The notes below the pieces were generated by a model. That model was given only the letters and a program-made list of their open reading frames with translations. It was not told where the DNA came from and did not search any database. A stretch of DNA of 64,000 bases from positions 864,001 to 928,000 of the forward strand of contig CAXXKJ010000002.1 of assembly GCA_963675295.2 (NCBI GenBank). Direction: 5' to 3'. Of the stretch, positions 31,001-40,932 are shown one piece after another (positions within the stretch are counted from its first letter, which is position 1; each line of letters opens with the position of its first letter). Source of the DNA: a bacterium. GTDB taxonomy: Bacteria > Electryoneota > Electryoneia > Electryoneales > Electryoneaceae. The position numbers and the translations under genes are program-made.

Positions 31001-31973
31001 GCTGCCGGAGTTTGACGGTGAGTCGGTGGTGACGGTGTATGACAGCGCGGACACGCTCGAGTATGTGTTCGTGGATGGCAACGGCAACCCGGCGGACACG
31101 CTGCAGTACTACGTTTCCGGCGGAACGCTGTTCCGTGGGGTGGTATCAACGTCGGAGGGTGAACTCGCGGCTGAGTTTATCGTCCCGCGCGACGTCAAGT
31201 ATGGCAGCCAGAACGGCAGCATCCACATGTACGCATACAACGACGAAACCGACGGTGTCGGTTCAACGGCTGGCGTGAAGATCTCGACGCAGTCGGCCAG
31301 CAGCAACGACAACACACCGCCAGAGGTGACGCTGTACTTCGATCACCCGAACTGGCGTGAAGGCGACCTGACCTCGGCCTCGCCGACGTTGTACGTTTCG
31401 CTGTTCGATTCCAGCGGCATCAACCTGACCGGCGAAATCGGGCATGATATCCGTGCGGTGATCGATGGCACGGATGAGGTGTTGCTGACGGAAACATTCA
31501 CGTATGAACGTGACAGCTACACCGCCGGCATCGCGACGGAGCAGCTGTTCGGCATCGAACCGGGCGAACACACGTTGGAAGTGTGGGCGTGGGACAACGC
31601 GAACAATTTCTCTCGCGCGGAGACAAAGTTCGTGGTGGTTGACGCGGACCAGGAAGTGGCGTTGAATAATGTGCTTAACTGGCCGAACCCGTTCGAACAG
31701 CGCACGAACTTCACGTTCGAGCTGTCCACCGATGCGGAAGTCTCGATACGGATTTATACCGCCAGCGGGCGGAAGATCCGTGAGATTGGGCCGATCCAGG
31801 CACAGGCCGGGTTCAACTATCCGGCGGATGGCGCGAGCCAGGCGCTGGAGTGGGATGGCCGTGACGATTACGGCGATCCGGTGGCCAACGGGGCGTACCT
31901 GTATGTCGTGGAGGCTACCTCGACGTCTGGTCAGAGCGCCGAAGTTGTTGGCAAGCTGCTTCGAATACGCTAA
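28077..31973 (+). CDS. porU: T9SS sortase PorU (peptidase C25)
   Basis: DP.AIRDFL, LLVGD, GRLPV, FIGHG and ATC (His/Cys dyad), D.SGIN...IGHD and CTD; lies directly upstream of porV. Confidence 0.88.
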   Translation: MIRVTTQSSATIRLLCFVCLIAVLITGTARAGVFTVLEDNASETVVELSFPEWEQRQFEDGTLYVPVSAAVDSRVGMRMTPYVSRLVALPAASLPQIVIEEQRWGDAFEGLAPYGDASADNLPVSSLQGRGPVVLSEPYTWRHRNVAHVFVVPVRETDGGVVPLQYIRFRIVHPRPQAGLRSEPDRLAELGVLNGKSARKWALPKKRSNARSIASTFGWPDGQMLRIEIEQEGMYQISGATLQARGIDVSGFDPRKFRLYNNGGQRLPVVFNSPRPDSLIENAILVTGEDDGSFDDDDRIIFYGRSVNTWVSGATPGSYVHTMNPFTRRNVYWLQISNTGNDGKRMSDLDADIAVTYEADHARSRVFVDTEAIVYGSKNHPESGTLWYAKELNAGEAYSVSFEADKPLQASDASVWVMFENVGVFSEEAVVQINSTVIDTIELDDERRKLSIPDGVLRDGSNNFSFRLIGGHVYFNAIEVDYLRSLESDEGKMAFDALPQDGIARMTLEGMDNPWLFDIQDYSNVSYTRGETLSIVSSVSSPRRHLAVENDQLLSPASIQTAGFGSPDYPNGLRDPSLAPNTIYIYHSDFTDATRQLETYVEDRDGREILSVDIEDVYQEFAWGLYDPVAIRDFLMYAYENYAVTPGTVLLVGDGDYDYRNIVSDADNNWIPPYEDGILCRDLWYTQFAANDVIQTQMVMGRLPVQSNSELEVYLDKLRRYENDSDLGAWRSKLVMVADDEYVETGPSVQEQIHMEDAEEFANEAAPDFITVKKIYIGTYPTTFDPGTGGRRKPAATAALLNEINRGALIVSFIGHGNAHVWTHESVLLDTRDTQLIDSGDRTPLFLAATCSWGHFDRPENEAHPEQLLVNPGGAIGVVAASRVTNAFANNRFALAFYERVFNREAALSAAEALYLALIDHPESTNQYYHYFGEPDMKLALPKLDVDMTSINPDSLTALQNAQVTAEVRAPDGSALPEFDGESVVTVYDSADTLEYVFVDGNGNPADTLQYYVSGGTLFRGVVSTSEGELAAEFIVPRDVKYGSQNGSIHMYAYNDETDGVGSTAGVKISTQSASSNDNTPPEVTLYFDHPNWREGDLTSASPTLYVSLFDSSGINLTGEIGHDIRAVIDGTDEVLLTETFTYERDSYTAGIATEQLFGIEPGEHTLEVWAWDNANNFSRAETKFVVVDADQEVALNNVLNWPNPFEQRTNFTFELSTDAEVSIRIYTASGRKIREIGPIQAQAGFNYPADGASQALEWDGRDDYGDPVANGAYLYVVEATSTSGQSAEVVGKLLRIR

Positions 31974-32030
31974 CTTCGCAAACTTTAACATTACGAATAG
32001 CAACCAAACCGTAGAAACGAGGACGAAGGC

Positions 32031-33098
32031 ATGAGCAGGATCAAGTGGGCGCGCCGCATCGTGGTCGTCGCGATGATAGCCCTGTTTGCTGCTGGCGCGG
32101 GCACCGCGCAGGCGGCGAGTGTATCCCAGGCGGGTGTGTTGTTTCTGAAGATCTCTCCGGGCGCGCGTCCGGGTGGTATGGGTGAAGCGTTTGTCGCGTT
32201 GGCCAATGACGCCACGGCGACCTGGTGGAACCCGGCGGGTCTGGCCTATGTGCCGTACAACGAAGTCACCTTGATGCATTCGAACTGGCTGCCGCAGTTC
32301 AAGTTCAACGACTTGTACTACGATTTCGTGAGCTATGTGCATCAGGTCGAGGATTGGGGGACGTTCGGCGCGAACATCATCTTCCTCAATCTCGGTGAAA
32401 GCATTCGTACGGACGAGACGGGCCGTGAGCTGGGCACGTTCAACTCCTACGAAATGGCGGTAACCGGTTCGTACGGTTCGCCGATCACCAACGACGAGAA
32501 GATGGCCGTTGGTGTCAACATGCGCTTCATCTATTCGAACCTCTCGCCGGTGGGCGCCGGTTCGGAAAAGGGTACCGGTACTGCGACCAGCGTCGGTGTC
32601 GACATCGGCTGGTTGTACCACACCCCGATCAACAAGCTGAGCCTCGGTGCGAACTTGTCGAACATGGGTCCGAAGGTTGCGTACATCGACCGTGCCCAGG
32701 CTGACCCGCTGCCGACCAACCTCAAGTTCGGTTTCGCCTACCATCTCGTAAAGAGCCCGTACAACACGTTGACCCTCGTCGGTGATGTCGACAAGGAGCT
32801 GGTGTACTTGAACGATGACGGCGAATCCGATCCGTTCTACCTCGCTCTCGTGCGTGCGTGGGGCGACGGTGCTTTCTTTGGCACGTTGATCTACCACACC
32901 GGTATGGAATACTGGTACAGCGATCTCGTCGGCCTCCGTGTCGGGTACTGGAACGACGAGCTGGGTAAGGTGAAGCCGATCACGTTCGGTGCCAGCCTGA
33001 AGTATTCGCTGTATCGCTTCGACTTCAGTTATGTCGCCGCCGGCGAAGGGCATCCGTTGCAGGATACGATGCGGTTCAGTCTGTCGATCGGGTTCTGA
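32031..33098 (+). CDS. porV: PorV/PorQ-family outer-membrane beta-barrel (T9SS shuttle)
   Basis: FLKISPGARPGGMGEAFVA..NDA.A.WWNPAGL, H.NWLP and a C-terminal Phe. Confidence 0.88.
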   Translation: MSRIKWARRIVVVAMIALFAAGAGTAQAASVSQAGVLFLKISPGARPGGMGEAFVALANDATATWWNPAGLAYVPYNEVTLMHSNWLPQFKFNDLYYDFVSYVHQVEDWGTFGANIIFLNLGESIRTDETGRELGTFNSYEMAVTGSYGSPITNDEKMAVGVNMRFIYSNLSPVGAGSEKGTGTATSVGVDIGWLYHTPINKLSLGANLSNMGPKVAYIDRAQADPLPTNLKFGFAYHLVKSPYNTLTLVGDVDKELVYLNDDGESDPFYLALVRAWGDGAFFGTLIYHTGMEYWYSDLVGLRVGYWNDELGKVKPITFGASLKYSLYRFDFSYVAAGEGHPLQDTMRFSLSIGF

Positions 33099-33181
33099 TC
33101 CCGGCAGAAATCAGCGGTAAGCTCTGAAGCTTTCGTGCCCGTGTTGTAAAATTTCTGACGCGGACGGGCCGCTGATGGATG

Positions 33182-33210
33182 ATCCCAGACATGAATGTTT
33201 GGGGCATGAC
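33182..33210 (+). repeat. REP-like palindrome CCCAGACATGAATGTTTGGG; second copy inverted at 42236-42264
   Basis: Aligns with the reverse complement of 42236-42264. Confidence 0.65.
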
Positions 33211-33327
33211 GGGTAGTTTGGGTCAGATTCGGCTTTGAGGTGTTGAACCCGAGGTCCAGAGTCCGGTGTAGTCAGAAACATTGGCGCATGTGTGTGGAGT
33301 TCGCGCACCCATGCAAACGAGTAGATC

Positions 33328-36300
33328 ATGCACGCACGCAAAACGTTCGCATTTCTTTCTGGCACGATCCTTCTGCTGGCGGTGATGGTATTGCCGACGG
33401 TAGTGGACGCACGTTCGAACGGGTACGCTCCCGGTGTTGACCCGCGTCCGGTAATCGCGGGATTGCAGCCGGAACGCTCCGTCGCGAACATCGTTGACGA
33501 AGACTATTACACGCTGCCGGGAGAGTTGCCGGACACGTTGCGGGTGATGGCGATCCGGGTTCATTTCCAGCCGGACACGTTGTCGGCGACTTTCGGTGAC
33601 GGGGATTTCATGTACGATTTCCCCGACACGGTCAACCCGGACGGCTGGCTGCTCGATCCGCCGCCGCATGACCGGCAGTTTTTCCAGGATCACCTGCTTG
33701 CCGCGCGGAACTATTTCAGCAAGTTCAGCAACGGCACGCTGACCCTGGCCGGCTACGACGATGAGGACATCGAGGGCGGTGATGTCTATCCGAAGGGTGC
33801 GCAGGAATCCTACCAGCTCGATTATCCGATCTGGACGATCAACTACGGCAACGACGACGAACAGCGTTTGAACGAGCAACTGGTCAAGCTGTTCGCGGAC
33901 TCGTGGACCGCGGCCGATCAGAACGGTCTCGCGGACGATCTGGCGGCGGACGGCCGTACGATTGACGATTACGACCTGTTCATCATCTTCCACGCCGGTT
34001 CGGGCAACGAGTTTGATACCGGGTACGATCTGACGCCGTTCGACATTCCGTCGGTGTTCATCTCCGAAAACGATTTGCAGGAGTTTGGCGGGTTGACCGG
34101 CGGTGTGGATTTCGCGGGCAGCAAGATCCCGAACGGCATCATTTTGCCAGAAACGCAGCGTCAGCTCGGAACGGATGTCGGCATGCACGGCACCGTCGTC
34201 GCGCAGCTTGGGTTCGCGATTGGGTTGCCGCACCTGTACAACACCGAGACCGGCGACGCCGGTATCGGCATGCTCGGCCTGATGGATCGTGGGTTCGGCG
34301 CGTTCTACGGTACGATTCCGATTCCGCCGAGTGCGTGGTCGCGCATCTTCATGCGTTGGGATGAACCGGTGACGGTCAGCAGTTTCACGTCAATCGACAC
34401 TGTGCGCCTGGGCGCGTTGCATTTGCCGGACAGTGTGTTCAGCGACAACCTTGACGATCCGGACAATGTGGTCCGTTTGCTGCGGATTCCGATCAACGAC
34501 ACCGAGTATTACCTCGCCGAAGTGCGCAATCGTGATCCGGAAGAGGACAGCCTGAGTTACGGCTGGGATCGTGACGGCCGCATGATCACGTTCTACGACG
34601 ACTATTCCTGGGAAGTGGAAGACGGCTTCCGTGTTGCGGTGACCTACAGCGATTACGACTTCGACCTGCCTTCGTCCGGCGTGTTGCTGTGGCACATTGA
34701 CGACCAATTGATCCGCAACCGGTATGCTGACGACCGCATCCAGAACGATTTCGACAAACGCGGCATCCGTCTGCAGGAAGCGGACGGAACGTGGGATATT
34801 GGCAAGGATTATCCGTTCCTGACCGTCGGCGACGGCACCGAACTCGGGTGGGCCGACGACGCGTTTTACCGGGATAACGATTCGTGGTCGGACGCCAACC
34901 GTCCACTGTTCAACCCGGAATTCTCGACAAACACGAACCCGTCCAGCACCAGCAACGACGGCGGTGAAACACACCTGACGATTAACCGTTTCAGCGACAT
35001 TGCGGATACGATGACCTTCCGCATCACCAACGGCTGGATTCAGGATGGTTTTCCAATTGAGTTGGAACACGTATCGGATCTCAGTTCGGGTGACATAAAC
35101 GGCGATGGCGTGGACGAAATCATTGTCTACGGTTTCGACAGCTCGCTGAACACGGTTTTCGCATTCGACAGTTCGGGTGCGTTCCTGGACGGTTTCACCA
35201 GCACTATCGGCAGCGGTTTGACGGCGGTCGCCGACCTCGATTCCGACGGCGACGATGAAATCATCGCAACGCTGCGCAACAGGATTATCGTGGGCGACTA
35301 CAATCTCGATTCGCAGTCTTTCGATGTGACATCCTATTCGAGAGACGGCGATCCCTTTGCGCTGACGCCGGTTTCCGCACTTTCTGTCGCCGACCACCCC
35401 GATGGTCCGGTTGTGATTGAAGTCCTGGACGAAACAGAGTTTGACCAGACCAGTGTTCTCGCGGTGCGTTATTCAGATGGAAACGATCAATACCTGATCG
35501 ATGAGGCCTTTGATCGCAACGCCGTACCGGAATCGGCTTGTTTCCTGCTGACCGCAGCGGCTGGTGAAAGTGGCCCGGACGCAGTCGTGTGGTTCGAGGA
35601 CACACAGGTCGCGTGGATTGACCTTGACGCCGGTACGGTTGAGTTGGGCTGGATCACGGAAGACCCGGAACCGGACCCTGTGCCGGGTACGCGTGTTCTT
35701 ACCGATGCTATCGCCGCCGACTTCGACGGTGACGGCGAAACTGAATACATCGGCACGCTGGAAGAGGGGCGCCTGCTGTTCTTCGAGTTCGTCAATGGTC
35801 AACCGGTCGGCCGCAGTGTCGACGTGGATGACATGCCCTCCGCGTTGCGTGTGCTCGACCTCGACCATGACGGCGACCTGGAACCGGCGTGGCTCGACAT
35901 GAGCAGCAAAGAGATCGTGTCCGTCGAGCGGGACGGTCTGCTCGCCGAAGGGACGCCGTTCCAGCTGAGCCGCAAGGGTGGAGACGCGCACGACGGCCAG
36001 TCGATCATCTTCGATTCCGACGGCGACGGAAACCTCGAGTGGTTCATGATCACCGAGGGCGACGGCAACAGCCTGCTGCTGTCGGCTTACGACTTGTCCG
36101 ACGGCCAGTTGCTGCCGGGCTTCCCGTTGCCGCTGCCGGACGCTTCCTCGATTGGCGAGTACAGCATGATCGCCGCGAACATCGACTCCGACGACAGCAT
36201 GGAGTTGATCGTTGCGAGTGGTGCGCCGAACACAACCGCGATGCGGATCACAGCGTACGACCTGCCCGGCTTCTCTGGTGAGAAGGAGGTCGCGTGGGGC

Positions 36301-36651
36301 GAGCCGGACGGTGATCCGGCGAACACGCGCCGTGTGTCGCTGGACCTGAGCAGCATCGGCGGCGTAGCGAATTTCACGATGGACGACGCCTACTGCTGGC
36401 CGAATCCGGTGCTGGCGGAGGATATCGCGCATTTCCGTTTCCCGAATCGTGGTTCAGAAGCCGAGGTGACGGTTTACGACATCGCCGGCCGTAAGCAGCT
36501 GTCCAAGCGTAGCACGTGGCAGGGTGCGGGGTTGGGTACGGACGAGGCCGAGTTGGAACTGGATGTGTCGGCGTTGCCGTCCGGCGTGTATGTGGCCCGG
36601 CTGGAGGTCGGGGGTGAGGTCAAACTGATACGATTTTCCGTGGTGAATTGA
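33328..36651 (+). CDS. M6 (immune inhibitor A)-like metallopeptidase domain with degenerate HExxH, FG-GAP repeats and CTD
   Basis: IIFHAG.G.E, GLP.LY and GVLLWHID; D.(N/D).DG..E repeats; C-terminus WPNPV...SGVY.ARL. Confidence 0.75.
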   Translation: MHARKTFAFLSGTILLLAVMVLPTVVDARSNGYAPGVDPRPVIAGLQPERSVANIVDEDYYTLPGELPDTLRVMAIRVHFQPDTLSATFGDGDFMYDFPDTVNPDGWLLDPPPHDRQFFQDHLLAARNYFSKFSNGTLTLAGYDDEDIEGGDVYPKGAQESYQLDYPIWTINYGNDDEQRLNEQLVKLFADSWTAADQNGLADDLAADGRTIDDYDLFIIFHAGSGNEFDTGYDLTPFDIPSVFISENDLQEFGGLTGGVDFAGSKIPNGIILPETQRQLGTDVGMHGTVVAQLGFAIGLPHLYNTETGDAGIGMLGLMDRGFGAFYGTIPIPPSAWSRIFMRWDEPVTVSSFTSIDTVRLGALHLPDSVFSDNLDDPDNVVRLLRIPINDTEYYLAEVRNRDPEEDSLSYGWDRDGRMITFYDDYSWEVEDGFRVAVTYSDYDFDLPSSGVLLWHIDDQLIRNRYADDRIQNDFDKRGIRLQEADGTWDIGKDYPFLTVGDGTELGWADDAFYRDNDSWSDANRPLFNPEFSTNTNPSSTSNDGGETHLTINRFSDIADTMTFRITNGWIQDGFPIELEHVSDLSSGDINGDGVDEIIVYGFDSSLNTVFAFDSSGAFLDGFTSTIGSGLTAVADLDSDGDDEIIATLRNRIIVGDYNLDSQSFDVTSYSRDGDPFALTPVSALSVADHPDGPVVIEVLDETEFDQTSVLAVRYSDGNDQYLIDEAFDRNAVPESACFLLTAAAGESGPDAVVWFEDTQVAWIDLDAGTVELGWITEDPEPDPVPGTRVLTDAIAADFDGDGETEYIGTLEEGRLLFFEFVNGQPVGRSVDVDDMPSALRVLDLDHDGDLEPAWLDMSSKEIVSVERDGLLAEGTPFQLSRKGGDAHDGQSIIFDSDGDGNLEWFMITEGDGNSLLLSAYDLSDGQLLPGFPLPLPDASSIGEYSMIAANIDSDDSMELIVASGAPNTTAMRITAYDLPGFSGEKEVAWGEPDGDPANTRRVSLDLSSIGGVANFTMDDAYCWPNPVLAEDIAHFRFPNRGSEAEVTVYDIAGRKQLSKRSTWQGAGLGTDEAELELDVSALPSGVYVARLEVGGEVKLIRFSVVN

Positions 36652-39600
36652 TGCGTTTTCCGAACATAGACTCATCCCTGCGTCGCACTCTCTACGGGTT
36701 TGCCGCGGTCATTGTCAGCATCTTCGTCTTCGCGTGGCTCGCGTTCGGCCAGTACGGCATGGCGAACCACCCGGAGCTGGTGTGGAAGACGATGGAGACC
36801 GAGCATTTCTACGTCCATTACGACACAACCGCTGCGCGTACGGCGATGACGGTGGCGAAGATCGGTGACGAGATTTACGAGACGGTGACCACCCTGTACG
36901 AGTACGAGCCCGATACCAAGGTGCACCTGATCGTCAAGGATACGGACGATTACGCCAACGGCGGCGCGTACTACTACAACAACAAGATCTGGATCTGGGC
37001 GACACCGCTGGATTACGAGCTTCGCGGCACGAAGAACTGGCTGCGTGATGTGTTGACGCACGAGTTCACGCACATGATTCAGCTCGGCAAGGCGCGCAAG
37101 CTGCCGCGCAACATCCCGGCGGTTTATGGACAGGTGATGGCGTACGAGGAGGAGAAACGGCCGGATGTGTTGTACGGCTATCCGAACGTCCTCGCCAGCT
37201 ACCCGTTTGCGATGACGGTGATGCCGATGTGGTTCGCGGAGGGCACAGCGCAGTACAACGATCCGAAATTCCGCTTCGACTTCTGGGACAGCCACCGTGA
37301 CATGCAGTTGCGTACCCGCGCGCTGGATGGCACGATCCTCGATCTCGACAACATGGAAGTGTTCGGCAAGAACAGCATTGGCAACGAAGGCGTGTACAAC
37401 CACGGTTTCGGGTTGGTGAAGTACATCGCGGAAACGTATGGTGTCGAGAAGCTGCGTGAGTTGACCGAACAGCAGAGCAAGCTGACGCGGTTCAATTTCA
37501 ACACGTCGTGCGAGAAGGTGCTCGGGAAAAGCGGTTACGAACTGCACGATGAGTGGGTTGACTACCTGACGGCGCAGTACGAGGCCGACACCGAAATCAT
37601 CCGCCGCAACCTGGTCACCGGCGAGGTGATCGACAGTTCGGGCAACGCAAACCTGTACCCAAAGTTCGCGCCCGACGGCGAGACGTTGTATTACGTCAGC
37701 AACCGTGGCATGGATTACTTCAGCCAGCGAAGCCTGTATGCGCTTGACCGGGAGGTGGTGGACCATCCGGACAGCACGTTTGACGACGAGGAAGACGTCG
37801 AACATGATCCGGAGCTCACCATCAAGCAGGTCACGCACGCGTTCGATATCAGTGACGATGGCCGTTGGTTGGTGCATGCGAAAATCACGCCGCAGTTGAA
37901 CGAGTCGAACTACAGCGACCTGTACCTGTACGATCTGGAAGAAGAGAAGGATCACCGGCTGACCATCTCCGGGCGTGCGTGGGAACCGTCGTTCCACCCG
38001 GACGAAAACCGGATCGTGTTTGTCGTCAACCGTGACGGCACGCTGGATCTGGCAACTCTCGACTTGCCGGCGAAGGACGAATGGGCGGACATTAAGCCGG
38101 TGGTGGCGGATTCGATCCACCACCTGACGGAATTCAACGATGGCCGCCGTGTGTATCAGCCGCAATACAGCCCGAACGGTGAGAACATCCTGTTCGCGAT
38201 GAGTCTCGATGTCGGGCGCGATGTGATGGTCATGGACGCGGACGGTTCGAACATGCGTGCCGCGGTCCATGGTGATGGCGACCAGCGTGATGCCATCTGG
38301 GGCCCGAGTGGCCAGATCGTGTATTACGCCTCGGACGAGACCGGCATCTTCAACATCTATCGCCACAACCTTGCCACGGGCCAGACCGACCTGCTGACGA
38401 ACACGCTGGGCGGTGCGTTCTGCCCAACCCTGTCGCCGGACGCGATGACGCTGGTGTACAGCGACTGGCACTCGGACGGGTACAAGTTGACGCGTCTCGA
38501 CCGGCCGATGCCGATTCATCCGGACAGCGCTGCATACGGGCGGAATTATCTCGACGTGTTGCCGGAAACGACCTACGACGACACGGAAGTCGCGGTCCTG
38601 CCGAGCAAGAACTACAAGCCGATTTTCGAGAACGTGTTCTTCGTTCCGCGGATCGCGTGGGATTACGGCACCTTCAAGCCGGGTGTATACGTCTTCAGCA
38701 GCGATTTCCTCGAGAAGCTGAACTTCTTCGGCGGGTTCGACATGAACTCGCGCGGCGAGTTTGACGCCATCGGGATGCTCGATTTCACGGCATTCCGGCC
38801 AACGTTCTACACGTTGGGCTATTACCTCATCCGCAAGGACAGCGAGACGTTCGAGGATACGTACGTCATCAACGATCAGAAGCTGGACAAGGACGGCAAC
38901 CTGGTCCCGGTGTACGACAAGTACGGTGTTGACTACACGTTCAACCTGATGCTGTTCGACATCGGCGCGCGGATGACGGTGTTCCCGTTTGTCGACGCCG
39001 AACTGAGCACACGTCTCAGCCGGTACGAGGCGAACCTGAAGTATGATGACGGGACAACGTTCCACTACACGTACTTCCTCGGACGCACGTACCAGGCGCG
39101 GTTTGACTACAACACAATGCCGGCGATGATCAAGGGCAACGTGCACCCGCGCGCGGGTTCCGCGGCGCAGCTGACGGTTGCGTTTGAGGACAACCAGTTC
39201 ATCGACGGTTTCGAGGTGGACGCGGACGCGCTCACCTTGCAGGAAGTGTACACGCCGTACAAATTCTGGCGTCTCGAGGCGGACGCGACGCACTGGTACA
39301 ATCCGGTTGGTGAGTTGACGATGCAGCCGCGTGTGCGTGTCGGTTACCTCGACAAGCAGGTGGATCCGTTTATGCACCTGTACGCCGGCGGATTGCACGG
39401 GATGCGTGGCTACAGTTTCTACAGCCTCGGCGGCACACGCAAGCTGATCGGTTCGCTGGCCGTGCGTCATCCGGTCTGGGAGCCGAATCGGCCCCGCACC
39501 GGCTGGTTGCACTGGGACGGCATCTACGCCGGAGTATTCGGCGATGTCGGCGATGCGTGGCGTGAACGCGACTTCGATTCCGGCGAACTGAAGTCCGATC

Positions 39601-39809
39601 TCGGACTCGAGTTACGTGCCAAGTTCTACTCGTGGTATGGGTATCCGACGGCGGTTACCTTCAGTGCGGCGCGTGCGATGGACACGGTTACGGTGACGGA
39701 GAACGATATCACCACCGTGTACGATCCCGAGTGGAAGTTTTACCTGACAGTGCTATTCAACTTCGAAACGATATTTCCCTTTGGGGGAGCACAAGGAGAG
39801 CACCGATGA
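36651..39809 (+). CDS. Gluzincin (HEFTH) + TolB/PD40 propeller + Omp85-like beta-barrel protein
   Basis: HEFTH...WFAEGTA; PKFAPDG and YSPNG repeats; GG..GMRGY loop motif and a barrel-like C-terminus. Confidence 0.75.
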   Translation: MRFPNIDSSLRRTLYGFAAVIVSIFVFAWLAFGQYGMANHPELVWKTMETEHFYVHYDTTAARTAMTVAKIGDEIYETVTTLYEYEPDTKVHLIVKDTDDYANGGAYYYNNKIWIWATPLDYELRGTKNWLRDVLTHEFTHMIQLGKARKLPRNIPAVYGQVMAYEEEKRPDVLYGYPNVLASYPFAMTVMPMWFAEGTAQYNDPKFRFDFWDSHRDMQLRTRALDGTILDLDNMEVFGKNSIGNEGVYNHGFGLVKYIAETYGVEKLRELTEQQSKLTRFNFNTSCEKVLGKSGYELHDEWVDYLTAQYEADTEIIRRNLVTGEVIDSSGNANLYPKFAPDGETLYYVSNRGMDYFSQRSLYALDREVVDHPDSTFDDEEDVEHDPELTIKQVTHAFDISDDGRWLVHAKITPQLNESNYSDLYLYDLEEEKDHRLTISGRAWEPSFHPDENRIVFVVNRDGTLDLATLDLPAKDEWADIKPVVADSIHHLTEFNDGRRVYQPQYSPNGENILFAMSLDVGRDVMVMDADGSNMRAAVHGDGDQRDAIWGPSGQIVYYASDETGIFNIYRHNLATGQTDLLTNTLGGAFCPTLSPDAMTLVYSDWHSDGYKLTRLDRPMPIHPDSAAYGRNYLDVLPETTYDDTEVAVLPSKNYKPIFENVFFVPRIAWDYGTFKPGVYVFSSDFLEKLNFFGGFDMNSRGEFDAIGMLDFTAFRPTFYTLGYYLIRKDSETFEDTYVINDQKLDKDGNLVPVYDKYGVDYTFNLMLFDIGARMTVFPFVDAELSTRLSRYEANLKYDDGTTFHYTYFLGRTYQARFDYNTMPAMIKGNVHPRAGSAAQLTVAFEDNQFIDGFEVDADALTLQEVYTPYKFWRLEADATHWYNPVGELTMQPRVRVGYLDKQVDPFMHLYAGGLHGMRGYSFYSLGGTRKLIGSLAVRHPVWEPNRPRTGWLHWDGIYAGVFGDVGDAWRERDFDSGELKSDLGLELRAKFYSWYGYPTAVTFSAARAMDTVTVTENDITTVYDPEWKFYLTVLFNFETIFPFGGAQGEHR

Positions 39810-40825
39810 AGTACGGAAACCTCGCGCTGATCGCTCTGGCGCTGGTTCTGGCGGCGGCGCCGGTTATGGCCGTTGAAACGAGTGGCGAGTCGTCTGAAAT
39901 CTCACCGGTTTTCATGCGTGGCGAGATGCCCGCGCTGGATGAAGGCGTGAATCTGGATGAGTGGAATGAAGCGTCCCGCTTCGGCACCTCCTACAGCCAG
40001 TTCGATCTGAACCGCCGCCTCGCGGTTGGCCTGCAGGCTGATCCGGAAGACGGCGATGTGGAAACCGTCACCGCCGATGAGGAAGAGGAAGACCTCATGG
40101 CGATGGAAAACAAGAAGAATCCGGGCCGTGCGTTGCTGCTGAGTGCGATCATGCCGGGTGCTGGTGAGTTGTACGCCGGCAAGACCTGGCGTGCCGCCGG
40201 TTTCTTCGCTCTCGAAATGGCTGCCTGGGTCGGCGCGATTTACTACGCGCAGCAGGGTGAGGACAAGGAAACCGAGTACGAGAAGTACGCGGACCAGCAC
40301 TATCGCGAAAACATCTACCGTTCGGTGGAGTACGCGGCGGCGGTTGACGCTACGATCGGGGATCCATTCGACGGCGAACAAAGCGAGTGGGAAGGTCTTG
40401 AGTGGCAGGACAAGCTTGGCTACCTGCCGGACAATTTCACGCATGATCTCCCGCAGGAACGCAACCAGCAGTACTACGAGAACATCGGTAAGTACATGAC
40501 GCAGTTCGGGTACGGCTGGGAAGACTACATCAACGGCCGCAACGTAGACGATATTCTCCTGGACGCTGAAGGTTTCGGCTATGAGTGGCGCGCTTCGAGT
40601 CCGCTGGCCGATGCCTACATCGACATGCGCGACGAATCGAACAAGCTGCTCGACCGCAGCGCGAACTTCTTCGCGGTGATCATGGTCAACCACGTGGCTT
40701 CGGCACTGCATGCCGGCTTTACCGTCCGTGCGATGAACGAAGACGCGAAGGTCGAACCGGAACTGGGCATGATTCGTCACAACGACGAACGCGTCACGAC
40801 CGCCGGTCTGCGGATCCGGTTCTAA
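39806..40825 (+). CDS. DUF5683-like outer-envelope protein
   Basis: AAGGAG RBS, ATGA overlap and signal peptide; KNPGRALLLSAIMPGAGELY; QQYYENIGKY; C-terminal Phe. Confidence 0.65.
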   Translation: MKYGNLALIALALVLAAAPVMAVETSGESSEISPVFMRGEMPALDEGVNLDEWNEASRFGTSYSQFDLNRRLAVGLQADPEDGDVETVTADEEEEDLMAMENKKNPGRALLLSAIMPGAGELYAGKTWRAAGFFALEMAAWVGAIYYAQQGEDKETEYEKYADQHYRENIYRSVEYAAAVDATIGDPFDGEQSEWEGLEWQDKLGYLPDNFTHDLPQERNQQYYENIGKYMTQFGYGWEDYINGRNVDDILLDAEGFGYEWRASSPLADAYIDMRDESNKLLDRSANFFAVIMVNHVASALHAGFTVRAMNEDAKVEPELGMIRHNDERVTTAGLRIRF

Positions 40826-40932
40826 ACCCGGGCGTTGCAGTACATTGCTTGTGAATCACGTCTCGCCACGGACACATGTTGTGTGCCCGTGGCGGGGCGA
40901 GCTGTTCAACCACCGATCAATTCGAGCGTTCG

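Noticed and set aside
36672-39512. 946-aa minus-strand ORF (similarly 28683-30866, 31263-33053, 5640-7316, 53641-54567)
   Set aside because: Antisense shadows of well-supported genes, caused by GC-rich codon bias; no recognisable motifs.
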